64,000 bases of DNA from an uncultured Bacillus sp. (GTDB lineage Bacteria > Bacillota > Bacilli > ZCTH02-B2), in contig CAMTVR010000012.1 in the NCBI GenBank assembly GCA_947085265.1, positions 348,912-412,911 of the forward strand. The letters run 5' to 3'. Positions 9,284 through 18,815 of this stretch are shown in pieces (the first letter of the stretch is position 1; every line of letters begins with the position of its first letter). The translations under genes were made by a program, and so were the position numbers. The notes under the pieces were generated by a model. The model saw only the letters and a list, made by a program, of their open reading frames with translations. It did no database searches and had not been told where the DNA came from.

Positions 9284-11848
9284 TTAACCGCAACGTGTAT
9301 ACCCGCAAGCAATGCAATGCTTGCATCCCTCTTCATTGATGAGCGAAGCGGAGCCACAGGTTGGGCACAGGTCCAGATCTTCCGTCCGATCCTCCGCATC
9401 GCTATCCTCATTCAGGCGAATCTGAATCGTATAGCGCGTCGAGGGCTCTTCTTCTGACTCTTGCGCGGCGGACAACTCGAACATTCCGTAAGCGGTGTCT
9501 GCTCCATCAGGTAAGGCATTGTTGCCATTGATGTGCATCTCGAGCGCCTTGGCCACCGCATCCGGCACCGATTCGACCCGGTTCGGGCCAAATCCAACCG
9601 CGCCCGAGCCGCCGATGCCTTTGAGGTGTTTGATGAGCAGTTTCGCCTTATTCCCATCCGGCAACTCTCCGAAGCGCAAGAAAAGTGTGGAGACCCTGCC
9701 CAATGCCTCCGACATGGCGAACACGTCGCTGCCTGCCTTGCCAATATTGACAATAATTTCAAAAGGTTTTCCGTTGATGTCATTAATCGTGATGTACGCT
9801 TTTCCGAGCGGAGTTTTCAACTTATAGGTTGCTCCAGTCAATTTCTGTGGCCGGCGGTGGTATTCTGCCTGTTGTGAAACCGATTTTCCCCCTTCTTGTA
9901 ATTGGGTTCCTTTTTCTTCAGACGGCTTTTCAGTCGACAGGACCTGGACGTCCCGGCTGCCATCCCGGTAAATGGTCACTCCTTTGCATCCCAAGTCGAA
10001 AGCCAATTCATACAGTTTTTTTGTATCCTCAATGGTAAAATCGGCCGGCGCATTGGCTGTCTTGCTGATCGAGGAGTCCACCCAACGCTGTATGGCCGCC
10101 TGCACGCGAATGTGATCTTCTGCCGTCAAGTCCATGGCGGTGACGAAATAATCGGGAAGAGGTTGGCCAGGATGTTTGTCCATCCATTCCTTGGCAATCG
10201 GTACATATTGTTTGTCTACTCCCAAACGGCTCTGACGGAGGTATTCAAAGGCATAAAACGGCTCGATGCCTGTGGATGTCCCGACCATCGTCCCCGTACT
10301 GCCTGTAGGAGCTTGGGTCAACACGGTGACGTTACGCATGCCCTTGGTGCGAATCGCTTCCCGGACCTCTTCATCCATCTGTCGGACAAAACCGCTTTGC
10401 AAAAATTTCTCCGCATCAAACATCGGAAAGGCACCCTTCTCAGCAGCCAGATCGGCAGAGGCAAGGTACGCTTTTTTCGCGATAAAACCGTATAACTTAT
10501 CTAAAAACACGAGCGATTCCGGGCTGCCATAACGGATCTTCAAGCGGATCATCATTTCGGCAAGACCCATCGTTCCGAGGCCAACACGTCGCTCATTCAT
10601 CTGATTTCGCCGATTGTCTTCGAAGTGGTATGGGGTGGCATCGATCACGTTATCGAGAAAACGAACCGACCACTCCACAGCTTGACCCAATGCCTCCCAG
10701 TCGACATCCGTTTCGTCTTGGTTGACAAATTTGGCCAAGTTGAGCGCTGACAGGTTGCACACGCCCCATGCCGGCAGACCTTGTTCACCACAGGGATTCG
10801 TGCAGATAATTTTATTGAAATACCAGCTGTTGGACATTTGATTGTAGTATTCCATGAAGACCACACCGGGCTCGGCGGATTTCCAGGCCGATTCGATGAT
10901 CGTATGCCAAATTTCACGCGCTTTCAGCACGTTGTAGACGTTCACCTTTTTACCTAATTGTTTCCACTTCTCTAGATCACCGTCCCACACTTCATCGTAT
11001 TCCGGATCGCTCGTATCCGGGAAGACCAGTTCCCAATCCATATCTTCCTTGACCGCCTTCATAAACGCGTTGCTGATACAGACAGACAAGTTGGCATTGG
11101 TGATCTTGTCCATTCGCTGCTTAACGGTGACAAACTCCATGAGATCGGGATGCCAGTCATTGAGCATCAGCATCAGGGCGCCCCGGCGAGAACCTCCCTG
11201 CTCAATCAACCCTGTCGTGTAGCTAAAAAGCCCGCCCCAAGAGACCGAGCCGCTCGACGATCCGTTCACGCCACGAACCACTGCCCGGCGAGGGCGCAGA
11301 GAGGACAGATTGATGCCGACTCCGCCACCTCGCGCCATGATCTCGGTCATCTGGGTGAGCGTGTCCATGATCCCCCCACGGCTGTCGTGTGGCGAAGGAA
11401 TGACATAGCAGTTGAAGAGGGTCAGTTCATCATTGGCTCCGGCGCCGGCGGCAATCCGACCACCTGGAACTAACTTCCAGTCATAGAGCAGTTCTTCAAA
11501 CTTGGCCGCCCATTCAGCTTGCTTTGCCGGCGTTGGCTCCACTGCCGCAATGGCTTTGGCCAACCGCTTCCACAGCGCTTCCGGGGTTTTCTCAACAGCG
11601 ACTGTCAGCAACCCTCGGTCACCTGTCCATTCTTTTCCATTACGAAGGCGCACGGTCACCGCCTGATCCTCGACGGCGATCACCTCACCCACTTCTTTTT
11701 GCGGAAAGCGTGAGTCATCTTTTACCAGGACCAGAACGGTGTCACCCACTTCGACACCTTCCACGCCCTGCTTTTTCAGGGCGTAACGATCGAGAAAGAT
11801 CTTCTCACTCAGCCCTTCCAATCGCATCTTTTGCTTCGTCGACTGCAT
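9284..11848 (-). CDS. nrdJ: adenosylcobalamin-dependent (class II) ribonucleoside-diphosphate reductase
   Basis: 'TNPCGEQGLPAWGVCNLSALNLAKF' is an active-site region typical of class II RNR. A C-terminal Cys cluster 'CPTCGS...CKHCIACG' is present. The ORF-track 'M' at 11908 is a TTG. The RBS-supported ATG is at 11848 (GGAGG-8nt-ATG). Confidence 0.9.
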   Translation of the reverse strand: MQSTKQKMRLEGLSEKIFLDRYALKKQGVEGVEVGDTVLVLVKDDSRFPQKEVGEVIAVEDQAVTVRLRNGKEWTGDRGLLTVAVEKTPEALWKRLAKAIAAVEPTPAKQAEWAAKFEELLYDWKLVPGGRIAAGAGANDELTLFNCYVIPSPHDSRGGIMDTLTQMTEIMARGGGVGINLSSLRPRRAVVRGVNGSSSGSVSWGGLFSYTTGLIEQGGSRRGALMLMLNDWHPDLMEFVTVKQRMDKITNANLSVCISNAFMKAVKEDMDWELVFPDTSDPEYDEVWDGDLEKWKQLGKKVNVYNVLKAREIWHTIIESAWKSAEPGVVFMEYYNQMSNSWYFNKIICTNPCGEQGLPAWGVCNLSALNLAKFVNQDETDVDWEALGQAVEWSVRFLDNVIDATPYHFEDNRRNQMNERRVGLGTMGLAEMMIRLKIRYGSPESLVFLDKLYGFIAKKAYLASADLAAEKGAFPMFDAEKFLQSGFVRQMDEEVREAIRTKGMRNVTVLTQAPTGSTGTMVGTSTGIEPFYAFEYLRQSRLGVDKQYVPIAKEWMDKHPGQPLPDYFVTAMDLTAEDHIRVQAAIQRWVDSSISKTANAPADFTIEDTKKLYELAFDLGCKGVTIYRDGSRDVQVLSTEKPSEEKGTQLQEGGKSVSQQAEYHRRPQKLTGATYKLKTPLGKAYITINDINGKPFEIIVNIGKAGSDVFAMSEALGRVSTLFLRFGELPDGNKAKLLIKHLKGIGGSGAVGFGPNRVESVPDAVAKALEMHINGNNALPDGADTAYGMFELSAAQESEEEPSTRYTIQIRLNEDSDAEDRTEDLDLCPTCGSASLINEEGCKHCIACGYTRCG

Positions 11849-11928
11849 CGTCCCGACCTCCGATTCTAGGAATTCAATCGTTCTACCAAGCACGTGATAA
11901 ACAATCAAGGTATCTTGGCATCTTCATA

Positions 11929-11971
11929 ATCAATATATAGTCACCAGTACATTATACACTACAATATATTG
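11929..11971 (-). promoter_or_regulatory. candidate NrdR boxes in nrdJ leader
   Basis: Two AT-rich near-palindromes, 'AATATATAGTCAC' and 'ACACTACAATATATTG', lie about 25 bp apart. They resemble the acaCwAtATaTwGtgt NrdR consensus only imperfectly. Confidence 0.3.
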
Positions 11972-12203
11972 ACGAGAAAATCCCGAAACTATCCGCTTCC
12001 ACAAATAATCCTCTTAAATACTTCCGCTTTTACCTAATTATCTATGTGGGACATTCATTCGCCTATATTTTAGAAGTTGCAGCATTTCATGATACAATAG
12101 GCTCATGCGTGACGCACTGCATGCCAAGAATTGTTCAATATGGTGTAACGAGAATCACGAGATGATTTTTCGAATATCAAAATGCTGAAAGGGAGTATCG
12201 CGC

Positions 12204-13067
12204 ATGTACATGTTGTATAATGAGGCCGTCATTCCGCGCCATTTGTTTCGCATCGATCCGGAAGACAGAGGTTATCAGTTCGGGGATGGCATTTATGAAG
12301 TCATTCGCTTTTATGAGCGGATACCCTTTGAGTTGGAAGCCCACCTGAAGCGACTGGCAGCCAGTGCAGAGGCCATTCGGATACCATTGCCTGTCTCACT
12401 GGAACAACTGAAAATGAATATCTCCAAGTTAATCGAAATCAGTGAGATACAAAATGGGATCATCTATATTCAACTGACACGCGGCGTCGCCCCCCGTAGT
12501 CATCTGTTTCCACAAGGGGCGCAACCAGTTCTCACAGGCTATCTGACGCCGGTTGAACGGCCAATGGAAAGCTTGGAGCAGGGGATAACCGCGATCACCG
12601 TGGATGACATCCGCTGGTTGCGGGTCGACATCAAGACCATCAACCTTCTCCCCAATATTTTGGCCAAACAGGAAGCGCACGAAGCAGGCGCTCAGGAGGC
12701 CATCTTCGTGCGCGACGGCGCAGTGACCGAAGGCAGCAGTTCCAACCTCTTCGGTATTCGAGACGGCATCTGTTACACCCACCCGGCCAATCATCTCATC
12801 TTGAACGGAATTACCCGGCGGGTGGTGCTGCAACAGCTGAATACGGTCGGCTTGAAGCTGTATGAGGCGGCCATCTCACACGATGAGCTGTACCAGATGG
12901 ACGAGGTGTTTATCACCAGTACGGTCCAGGAAGTCTGTCCCATCACCCACATCGATGGACGGGCGATTGGCGAAGGGAAACCAGGCCCCTTCACACGCGC
13001 GCTGCAATCAGCCTTTGAACAAGCGATTCAAGGGAACCAACCGGTTCTTATTGGTCAAAGATTCTAG
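12204..13067 (+). CDS. dat: D-amino acid (D-alanine) aminotransferase, class IV PLP enzyme
   Basis: 287 aa. Both 'FGDGIYEVIRFY' and 'EGSSSNLF' are typical of class IV aminotransferases. Confidence 0.75.
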   Translation: MYMLYNEAVIPRHLFRIDPEDRGYQFGDGIYEVIRFYERIPFELEAHLKRLAASAEAIRIPLPVSLEQLKMNISKLIEISEIQNGIIYIQLTRGVAPRSHLFPQGAQPVLTGYLTPVERPMESLEQGITAITVDDIRWLRVDIKTINLLPNILAKQEAHEAGAQEAIFVRDGAVTEGSSSNLFGIRDGICYTHPANHLILNGITRRVVLQQLNTVGLKLYEAAISHDELYQMDEVFITSTVQEVCPITHIDGRAIGEGKPGPFTRALQSAFEQAIQGNQPVLIGQRF

Positions 13068-13164
13068 ATCTCAGGCCAACATCCTTTTTCCATCTTGTCA
13101 ACCGAAGTGAAACGACGCAGCTGGTGGTTTCCAACGCCAGCCGGTTCATGCCAGCGGCGATAAT

Positions 13165-13998
13165 TTAACGGCGAAAATTCCATTCCTCACTCGCATAACG
13201 TCTGGCCAATTCCGCGGCCAGACGTTTTTCTTCCGGTGTCAGCTCACCCTCAATCAATTGAACCCCCAGCCCCGCCGCAAACCCGTCATAAAAAGCCTGT
13301 ACCATTTCCTCCCATGTGACCGGCTCCCTTAATTGATGAATCGGAACCGCCTTTTCCTCAAAACTGGCCCGCATCCGCTGGCGCAGCTCTTCCGATGGAA
13401 AACGCAGGACATCAAACAGTTGATCCACATCCAGCTCTTGCAAGATCGAACCATGCTGCAAGATCACCCCTTTTTGCCGCACTTGAGCGCTGCCGGCCAC
13501 CTTGCGTCCCGCCACGACCAGTTCATACCAGGAAGGTGAATCGAAGCAGGCGGCAGACCCGTGCGAATCAAACTTTTGCCGCTCCTCATCCGCAGCGAGG
13601 GAGACCATATCGGCAGAAAGACCCAAACGCCGAAACCCTTCCACCAAGCCGTTGCTGATTACTCGGTACGACTCGACGACCGTCCGCGGCATCAGCGGGT
13701 GATCTTCGGCGACGACCACGCTGTATGTCAATTCCCGATCGTGTAACACTGCCCGTCCACCCGTGGCGCGCCGGACAAAGCCCAGCCCCTGCTGGCGCAA
13801 CTTGTCGATCTCCACATCCCTGTCCACGCGCTGGAAATAGCCAATCGAAAGCGTCGGAGGATCCCAACCGTAAAAGCGAATCGTCGGCGGCACCAGTCCT
13901 TGACTGTGGGCGATGAGGATGGCTTCGTCAATCGCCATGTTCACTTCGGGAGAAGATTTCCCCGTATTGAGAAAGCGCCATCTCTCCAACCGGTTCAC
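13165..13998 (-). CDS. lipM: octanoyltransferase LipM (lipoate-protein ligase family)
   Basis: 277 aa with 'RRATGGRAVLHDRELTYSVV' (LplA/LipB fold). It occupies the yqhM position upstream of the gcv operon. Confidence 0.75.
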   Translation of the reverse strand: MNRLERWRFLNTGKSSPEVNMAIDEAILIAHSQGLVPPTIRFYGWDPPTLSIGYFQRVDRDVEIDKLRQQGLGFVRRATGGRAVLHDRELTYSVVVAEDHPLMPRTVVESYRVISNGLVEGFRRLGLSADMVSLAADEERQKFDSHGSAACFDSPSWYELVVAGRKVAGSAQVRQKGVILQHGSILQELDVDQLFDVLRFPSEELRQRMRASFEEKAVPIHQLREPVTWEEMVQAFYDGFAAGLGVQLIEGELTPEEKRLAAELARRYASEEWNFRR

Positions 13999-14171
13999 CT
14001 CACTCCAATTTTCATCCTTGAAATTCCTCTGCTTTCCAAAATTCGCGTCACTTCACCAGAGTAACGACATTATATCATGATGATGTTCATGCATTCACGC
14101 GCGAAACGTGATTAAATGAGGCATCCCGCGATTGCCGAGATGCCTTTCCATTCTTGAAACATGACCTGGTT

Positions 14172-15650
14172 TTATCCTTGTTCTTCGGACACGTCCGGCA
14201 TATACCGCAGAATCGGCTGCCGCGCCGCCCTCACCTCATCGAGCCGTTTGACAGGCGTGGTGTGCGGAGCCTCACGCAGCAGCTGCGGATTTTCTTCCGC
14301 TTCGCGGGCGATTTGGATCATCACTTCGACAAAACGATCCAGCGTCTCTTTGCTCTCCGTTTCGGTCGGCTCAATCATCATCCCTTCCTCCACGATCAGC
14401 GGAAAGTAGACGGTCGGCGGGTGGACGCCGAAGTCCAGCATCCGCTTCGCCATGTCCATCGTCTTGACACCCTGCTTCTTTTGCCGGCGGCCGGACAGGA
14501 CGAACTCGTGCTTGCAAGGCTGCGGGTAAGGGAGGTCAAAGTAAGGTTCTAGCTTTTGCAGCAAATAATTGGCATGTAACACCGCATCTTCCGAAACGCG
14601 GCGCAAACCTTCCGCTCCCATCGTCCTGATGTACGCATAAGCGCGCACCAGGATGCCAAAGTTGCCGTAAAACGCCTTGACTTTGCCAATGGACTGCGGC
14701 CGATCCATATCCAACAGATAACGCTGGCCCTCTTTTCGGATGACGGGGACCGGCAGAAAAGGCTCCAATTCCTTCTTCACACCGACCGGCCCGGCTCCCG
14801 GGCCGCCGCCGCCGTGCGGCGTGGAGAAGGTTTTGTGCAAATTCAAGTGTACCACATCGAAACCCATATCACCTGGACGGGCGATACCAAGAATCGCGTT
14901 GGCGTTGGCGCCGTCGTAGTAGAGAAGCCCCCCCGCTTCGTGCACCAGACGGGCAATCTCCACAATCTCCTCCTCGAACAGCCCTAGCGTATTGGGATTG
15001 GTCAGCATCAAAGCGGCCGTATCCGGTCCCAGTGCCTCCCGCAAAGACTTCAGATCCACCAATCCACGCTCGTTGGAGCGCACGGTTTTCGTTTCAAACC
15101 CGGCAAGGCTTGCACTGGCAGGGTTGGTGCCGTGCGCGGTATCAGGAATAAGGACTTTGTTCCGCCCAGCCTCACCCCGGCTGTCCAGATAGGCGCGAAT
15201 CATCATCAATCCGGTCCACTCTCCCTGAGCGCCGGCGGCCGGCTGCAGGCTGACAGCATCCATGCCAGTAATCGCAGCCAGCGCCTCCTGCAGTTCGACC
15301 ATCAGCTGCAGCGCCCCCTGAACCGTTTCCTCCGGCTGGTAGGGATGAATCTTGCGAAATCCAGAAAGGCGAGCCACCTCTTCGTTGGTCTTCGGATTGT
15401 ATTTCATCGTACAGGAACCCAGCGGATAAAACCCATTATCCACGCCGTGATTCATTCGCGAAAGCGCCATATAATGACGAACCAGATCCGGTTCCGACAC
15501 TTCGGGCAAGGCGGGAGCCTCATCACGAAGAAGCGATGCCGGGAGCAACTCCTCAGGCGGTGCAGCAGGCACGTCAGGCTCAGGCAGGCTATAGGCCGTC
15601 CTGCCTGCGGCGGATCGTTCAAAGATCAAGGGCTGATTGACCATACTCAT
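14172..15650 (-). CDS. gcvPB: glycine dehydrogenase (decarboxylating) subunit 2
   Basis: 492 aa with a PLP-lysine region. It overlaps gcvPA by 4 nt. Confidence 0.93.
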   Translation of the reverse strand: MSMVNQPLIFERSAAGRTAYSLPEPDVPAAPPEELLPASLLRDEAPALPEVSEPDLVRHYMALSRMNHGVDNGFYPLGSCTMKYNPKTNEEVARLSGFRKIHPYQPEETVQGALQLMVELQEALAAITGMDAVSLQPAAGAQGEWTGLMMIRAYLDSRGEAGRNKVLIPDTAHGTNPASASLAGFETKTVRSNERGLVDLKSLREALGPDTAALMLTNPNTLGLFEEEIVEIARLVHEAGGLLYYDGANANAILGIARPGDMGFDVVHLNLHKTFSTPHGGGGPGAGPVGVKKELEPFLPVPVIRKEGQRYLLDMDRPQSIGKVKAFYGNFGILVRAYAYIRTMGAEGLRRVSEDAVLHANYLLQKLEPYFDLPYPQPCKHEFVLSGRRQKKQGVKTMDMAKRMLDFGVHPPTVYFPLIVEEGMMIEPTETESKETLDRFVEVMIQIAREAEENPQLLREAPHTTPVKRLDEVRAARQPILRYMPDVSEEQG

Positions 15651-17008
15651 ACCAATCCCTCCAATGCAGTGACAAAACGTTCAATTTCCTCTTTTGTCCG
15701 AACTTCTGTGACGGCCACGAGCAAATGATCGGACAGTTCCGGATAGTCACGCCCCAAGTCGTAACCGGCCAGAATGCCCTCGTTCAACAGTTTGTGCCGG
15801 ATCTCCTCAACCGGCTTCGGCATCTTCAGGACAAATTCGTTGAAAAACGGTGCCGCAAAAGGTCTTGTCACGCCAGGAATCGTGGCCAGCTTTTGCTGCG
15901 CATAGTGGGCTTTCTGCACGTTCAACCGTCCGACCTCCACCATTCCTTGTTTACCCATCGCCGACATGTAAATGGCCGCCGCCAGGGCACTCAATGCCTG
16001 ATTGGAGCAAATATTGGAGGTGGCCTTTTCCCGCCGAATGTGCTGTTCACGCGCCTGCAAGGTTAAGACATAGCCCCTTTTGCCATCCCGGTCCACCGTC
16101 TGGCCGACGATCCGGCCTGGAAGCCGTCGCAAATGTTCCTTTTTGGCCGCAAAAAAGCCGCAACTGGGACCTCCAAATGTTACAGGAATGCCAAGCGGTT
16201 GCGCATCTCCGACCACCAGATCGGCCCCCCATTCACCGGGTGGTTTCAACAGCCCTAGCGTGATTGGGTTGACAGAGGCAATCAACAGGCCGCCATTGTC
16301 GTGAATGAGACGGGCAAATGCTTCGCCGTCTTCGATAACGCCAAAAAAGTTGGGAGATTGCAGGATCACGGCCGCGACCGTCTCATCAACCTTGTGATTG
16401 CAGGCGGCGAGCGATGTTCTTCCTGATTCACTCCCTTCTTGTTCATACGGGATTTCCGCCAGCGAAAATCCGAGACCCCGCAGATAGGTACGCAATACCG
16501 CCCGCGCCTCCGGATGGACAGCTCGTGAGACGAGCACCTTGTCCCGTTTCGTCGCCGCACAGGCCAATCCTGCCGCTTCCGCCAGCGCCGTGGCCCCGTC
16601 ATACATGGAAGAGTTGGAAACATCCATTCCGGTCAACTCGCAGATCATCGACTGGTATTCAAACATCGCTTGCAGCTCACCCTGGCTGATCTCCGCCTGA
16701 TACGGCGTGTATGCCGTGTAAAACTCACCGCGGGACAGGAGATCGCCGAGCACAGCCGGAATGTGATGTTCGTACATTCCCGCCCCCAGAAAAGAAATTA
16801 CTTTGTCAAAATCGAGATTTTTTCCTGCCAGATGGTTGAAATAGCGGATCAGCTCCGGTTCTGAAAGCGCCTTAGGTATCTTCAATGCATTGCGCAACCG
16901 GATGGTTTCAGGAATCTCCGCAAACAACGCATCCACACTGGAGACTCCGATCTCCTGCAACATCTGTCTTCGATCCGACTCGGTGGTCGGTAGGTAGCGA
17001 AAACGCAC
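15647..17008 (-). CDS. gcvPA: glycine dehydrogenase (decarboxylating) subunit 1
   Basis: The ORF-track N-terminal extension is spurious. A GGGAGGG RBS plus GTG at 17008 gives '[22 protein letters not shown]', the canonical GcvPA start. Confidence 0.9.
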   Translation of the reverse strand: MRFRYLPTTESDRRQMLQEIGVSSVDALFAEIPETIRLRNALKIPKALSEPELIRYFNHLAGKNLDFDKVISFLGAGMYEHHIPAVLGDLLSRGEFYTAYTPYQAEISQGELQAMFEYQSMICELTGMDVSNSSMYDGATALAEAAGLACAATKRDKVLVSRAVHPEARAVLRTYLRGLGFSLAEIPYEQEGSESGRTSLAACNHKVDETVAAVILQSPNFFGVIEDGEAFARLIHDNGGLLIASVNPITLGLLKPPGEWGADLVVGDAQPLGIPVTFGGPSCGFFAAKKEHLRRLPGRIVGQTVDRDGKRGYVLTLQAREQHIRREKATSNICSNQALSALAAAIYMSAMGKQGMVEVGRLNVQKAHYAQQKLATIPGVTRPFAAPFFNEFVLKMPKPVEEIRHKLLNEGILAGYDLGRDYPELSDHLLVAVTEVRTKEEIERFVTALEGLV

Positions 17009-17094
17009 CGCATTGTCCCTCCCCATTCTGACGACACAGAATTGTTTAATGTTTACATAACATATATTTCGTTTCCTTATTGAATCTGTTGGTT

Positions 17095-18282
17095 TCAGCC
17101 ACGTCGGTAAAACGGCCTTTTCACCACTTTCGAACGCAATCTCTTCCCCCTCACCTCTACCTCCAGCAACAGATCCATTTGCGCAAACTCCCTCTCCACC
17201 AGAGCCAGTCCGAGATTTTTCTTCAGCGTGGGAGCATGAGTCCCACTGGTCACATGACCAATCTGGCGATCCCCGCTGAACACCGGATAGCCGGCGCGCG
17301 GAATCCCTTTGTCCAACATCTCTAGGCCCACCAACTTGCGCGGGACACCCTCCGCTTTCTGTCGTAACAGCGCTTCTCGGCCGATAAAATACGTTTTTTC
17401 CCACTTCACGGCAAAACCTAGACCCGCCTCCAGCGGGCTAATTTCAGGGGACAGCTCTTGGCCGTACAGGGGCAGCCCGGCTTCAAAGCGAAGCGTATCC
17501 CGAGCGCCCAATCCGCAAGGGATAACCCCATGTGGTTCCCCTTCTTGGAGCAACCGCTCCCACAACTGTACCGCATCTTCATGCCTGACCATCAACTCGA
17601 AGCCGTCTTCTCCCGTATAACCGGTGCGGGAAAGCATGCCCACAGGTATGTCAGCCACCTTCACACTCTGCAAGAAAGCAAACGGCGCCACGCCGGAAAG
17701 GTCTCTATCCATCAGCCTTTGAAGCAACGGCGCGGCCAGCGGGCCCTGAAACGCCAACAACGCCCATTCTTCCGAGCAATCCTTGACAGATACATCGGCG
17801 GTTGGCTGCTCTCGCGACTGCTGAGCATCTGATGGCGGGTCATCCGGCTGCGGCTCATCCGCTGCCAGATCTTGAGCGGTGTGGCGCCCAGCTGCATGAG
17901 AGCGAATCCAAGCCAGATCCTTTTCGCGATTGGCTGCATTGACCACCAGCAAGAACCGCTCTTCATCCATGCGGTAGATCAGCACGTCATCGACCGTGCC
18001 GCCATTCGCGTTGCACATCGGTGTATAGCGGGCGCGGCCTGGCTCCAATTCTGCCAGCTGGTTGGTCACCAGGTCATTTAGCAAGGACAGCGCGCCCGAA
18101 CCTGCCACCTCAATCCTCCCCATGTGGGAGACGTCGAACAGCCCGGCGCGCGTCCGTACGGCCTCGTGCTCTTTGAGGACACCCGCAAATTGCACCGGAA
18201 GCGCCCAGCCGTGAAAATCCACAACTTTTCCGCCATAACGTTCATAGAGCGGGAAAAGAGGCGTCTTCTGCAAATCAGCCAT
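17095..18282 (-). CDS. gcvT: aminomethyltransferase (glycine cleavage T protein) with internal acidic/Pro-rich insertion
   Basis: 'GWALPVQFAGVLKEHEAVRTRAGLFDVSHMGRIEV' is the GcvT N-terminal signature. The protein is 395 aa, about 30 aa longer than typical. Confidence 0.92.
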   Translation of the reverse strand: MADLQKTPLFPLYERYGGKVVDFHGWALPVQFAGVLKEHEAVRTRAGLFDVSHMGRIEVAGSGALSLLNDLVTNQLAELEPGRARYTPMCNANGGTVDDVLIYRMDEERFLLVVNAANREKDLAWIRSHAAGRHTAQDLAADEPQPDDPPSDAQQSREQPTADVSVKDCSEEWALLAFQGPLAAPLLQRLMDRDLSGVAPFAFLQSVKVADIPVGMLSRTGYTGEDGFELMVRHEDAVQLWERLLQEGEPHGVIPCGLGARDTLRFEAGLPLYGQELSPEISPLEAGLGFAVKWEKTYFIGREALLRQKAEGVPRKLVGLEMLDKGIPRAGYPVFSGDRQIGHVTSGTHAPTLKKNLGLALVEREFAQMDLLLEVEVRGKRLRSKVVKRPFYRRG

Positions 18283-18385
18283 TCGTCACACATCCTTCGG
18301 CATGCTTCTTTTGGTCCTCTTTTTAAAACTATCTCTTTACAAGCATCCGTTTTAAAACGCCACATTATGTTGCGCCATGGAACAG

Positions 18386-18598
18386 ACAAAAAAAGACAGA
18401 GATAAAGAAGGATCCTTCTTCATCTCTGTCCCTGTACCTGAGAGTTTACCTTTGCTGCCTTTTTGCGCAAAGTTACCCCTTGGGTGGCCAGCGGCGCTCT
18501 CCAGAGGTCTGTCGGATGGAAGTTCTTTTGCCTGAGAGATTCGCCCCTCCCGGGACTTGCTCCTTCGGCGCTGTCAAACTGACAGTCTCTCCTTCCAC
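18386..18598 (-). ncRNA. tandem glycine riboswitch (two aptamers) with terminator-type expression platform
   Basis: Minus-strand aptamer 1 reads 'GGAGAG...CGCCGAAGGAGCAA...CUCUCAGGCAAAAGAAC'. Aptamer 2 reads 'CUCUGGAGAG...ACCCAAGGGGUAAC...AACUCUCAGGUACAGGGACAG'. A hairpin 'GACAGAGAUGAAGAAGGAUCCUUCUUUAUCUCUGUC' plus U7 follows at 18386-18430, about 100 nt upstream of gcvT. Confidence 0.9.
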
Positions 18599-18815
18599 CT
18601 TCATCCAGATGGTATATCCCATTGTCACCCCCATTATATGTGTTTTTTGCCAATAAAACAAGTAAATGTTCAATCATCAAACAAACTCAACTGGAGCGAC
18701 GGTTGAGTTCCCAAAATTGGAAAGGGATTTCTTTCTAAATGGGCATGGACCATAAATCATCCAAAGGAAACGCTCATTATCTCCATGTATAAACGGTTTG
18801 CTTGGCTGTCAACCC

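Noticed and set aside
9412-11473. Multiple 100-200-aa ORFs overlapping nrdJ on both strands
   Set aside because: These are shadow ORFs inside a strongly supported, conserved RNR coding sequence. No RBS or conserved motif was found.
11849-12203. Cobalamin riboswitch in the nrdJ leader
   Set aside because: A class II RNR could be expected to have one. No reverse-complemented B12-box (GGTCTCC core) or other conserved block was visible by eye. The leader is AT-rich and looks like a promoter with NrdR-type boxes.
15647-17404. 585-aa version of gcvPA including ~130 N-terminal residues
   Set aside because: The extension has no homology to GcvPA and runs into the gcvT 3' end. The GGGAGGG-GTG start at 17008 reproduces the canonical 'MRFRYLP' N-terminus.
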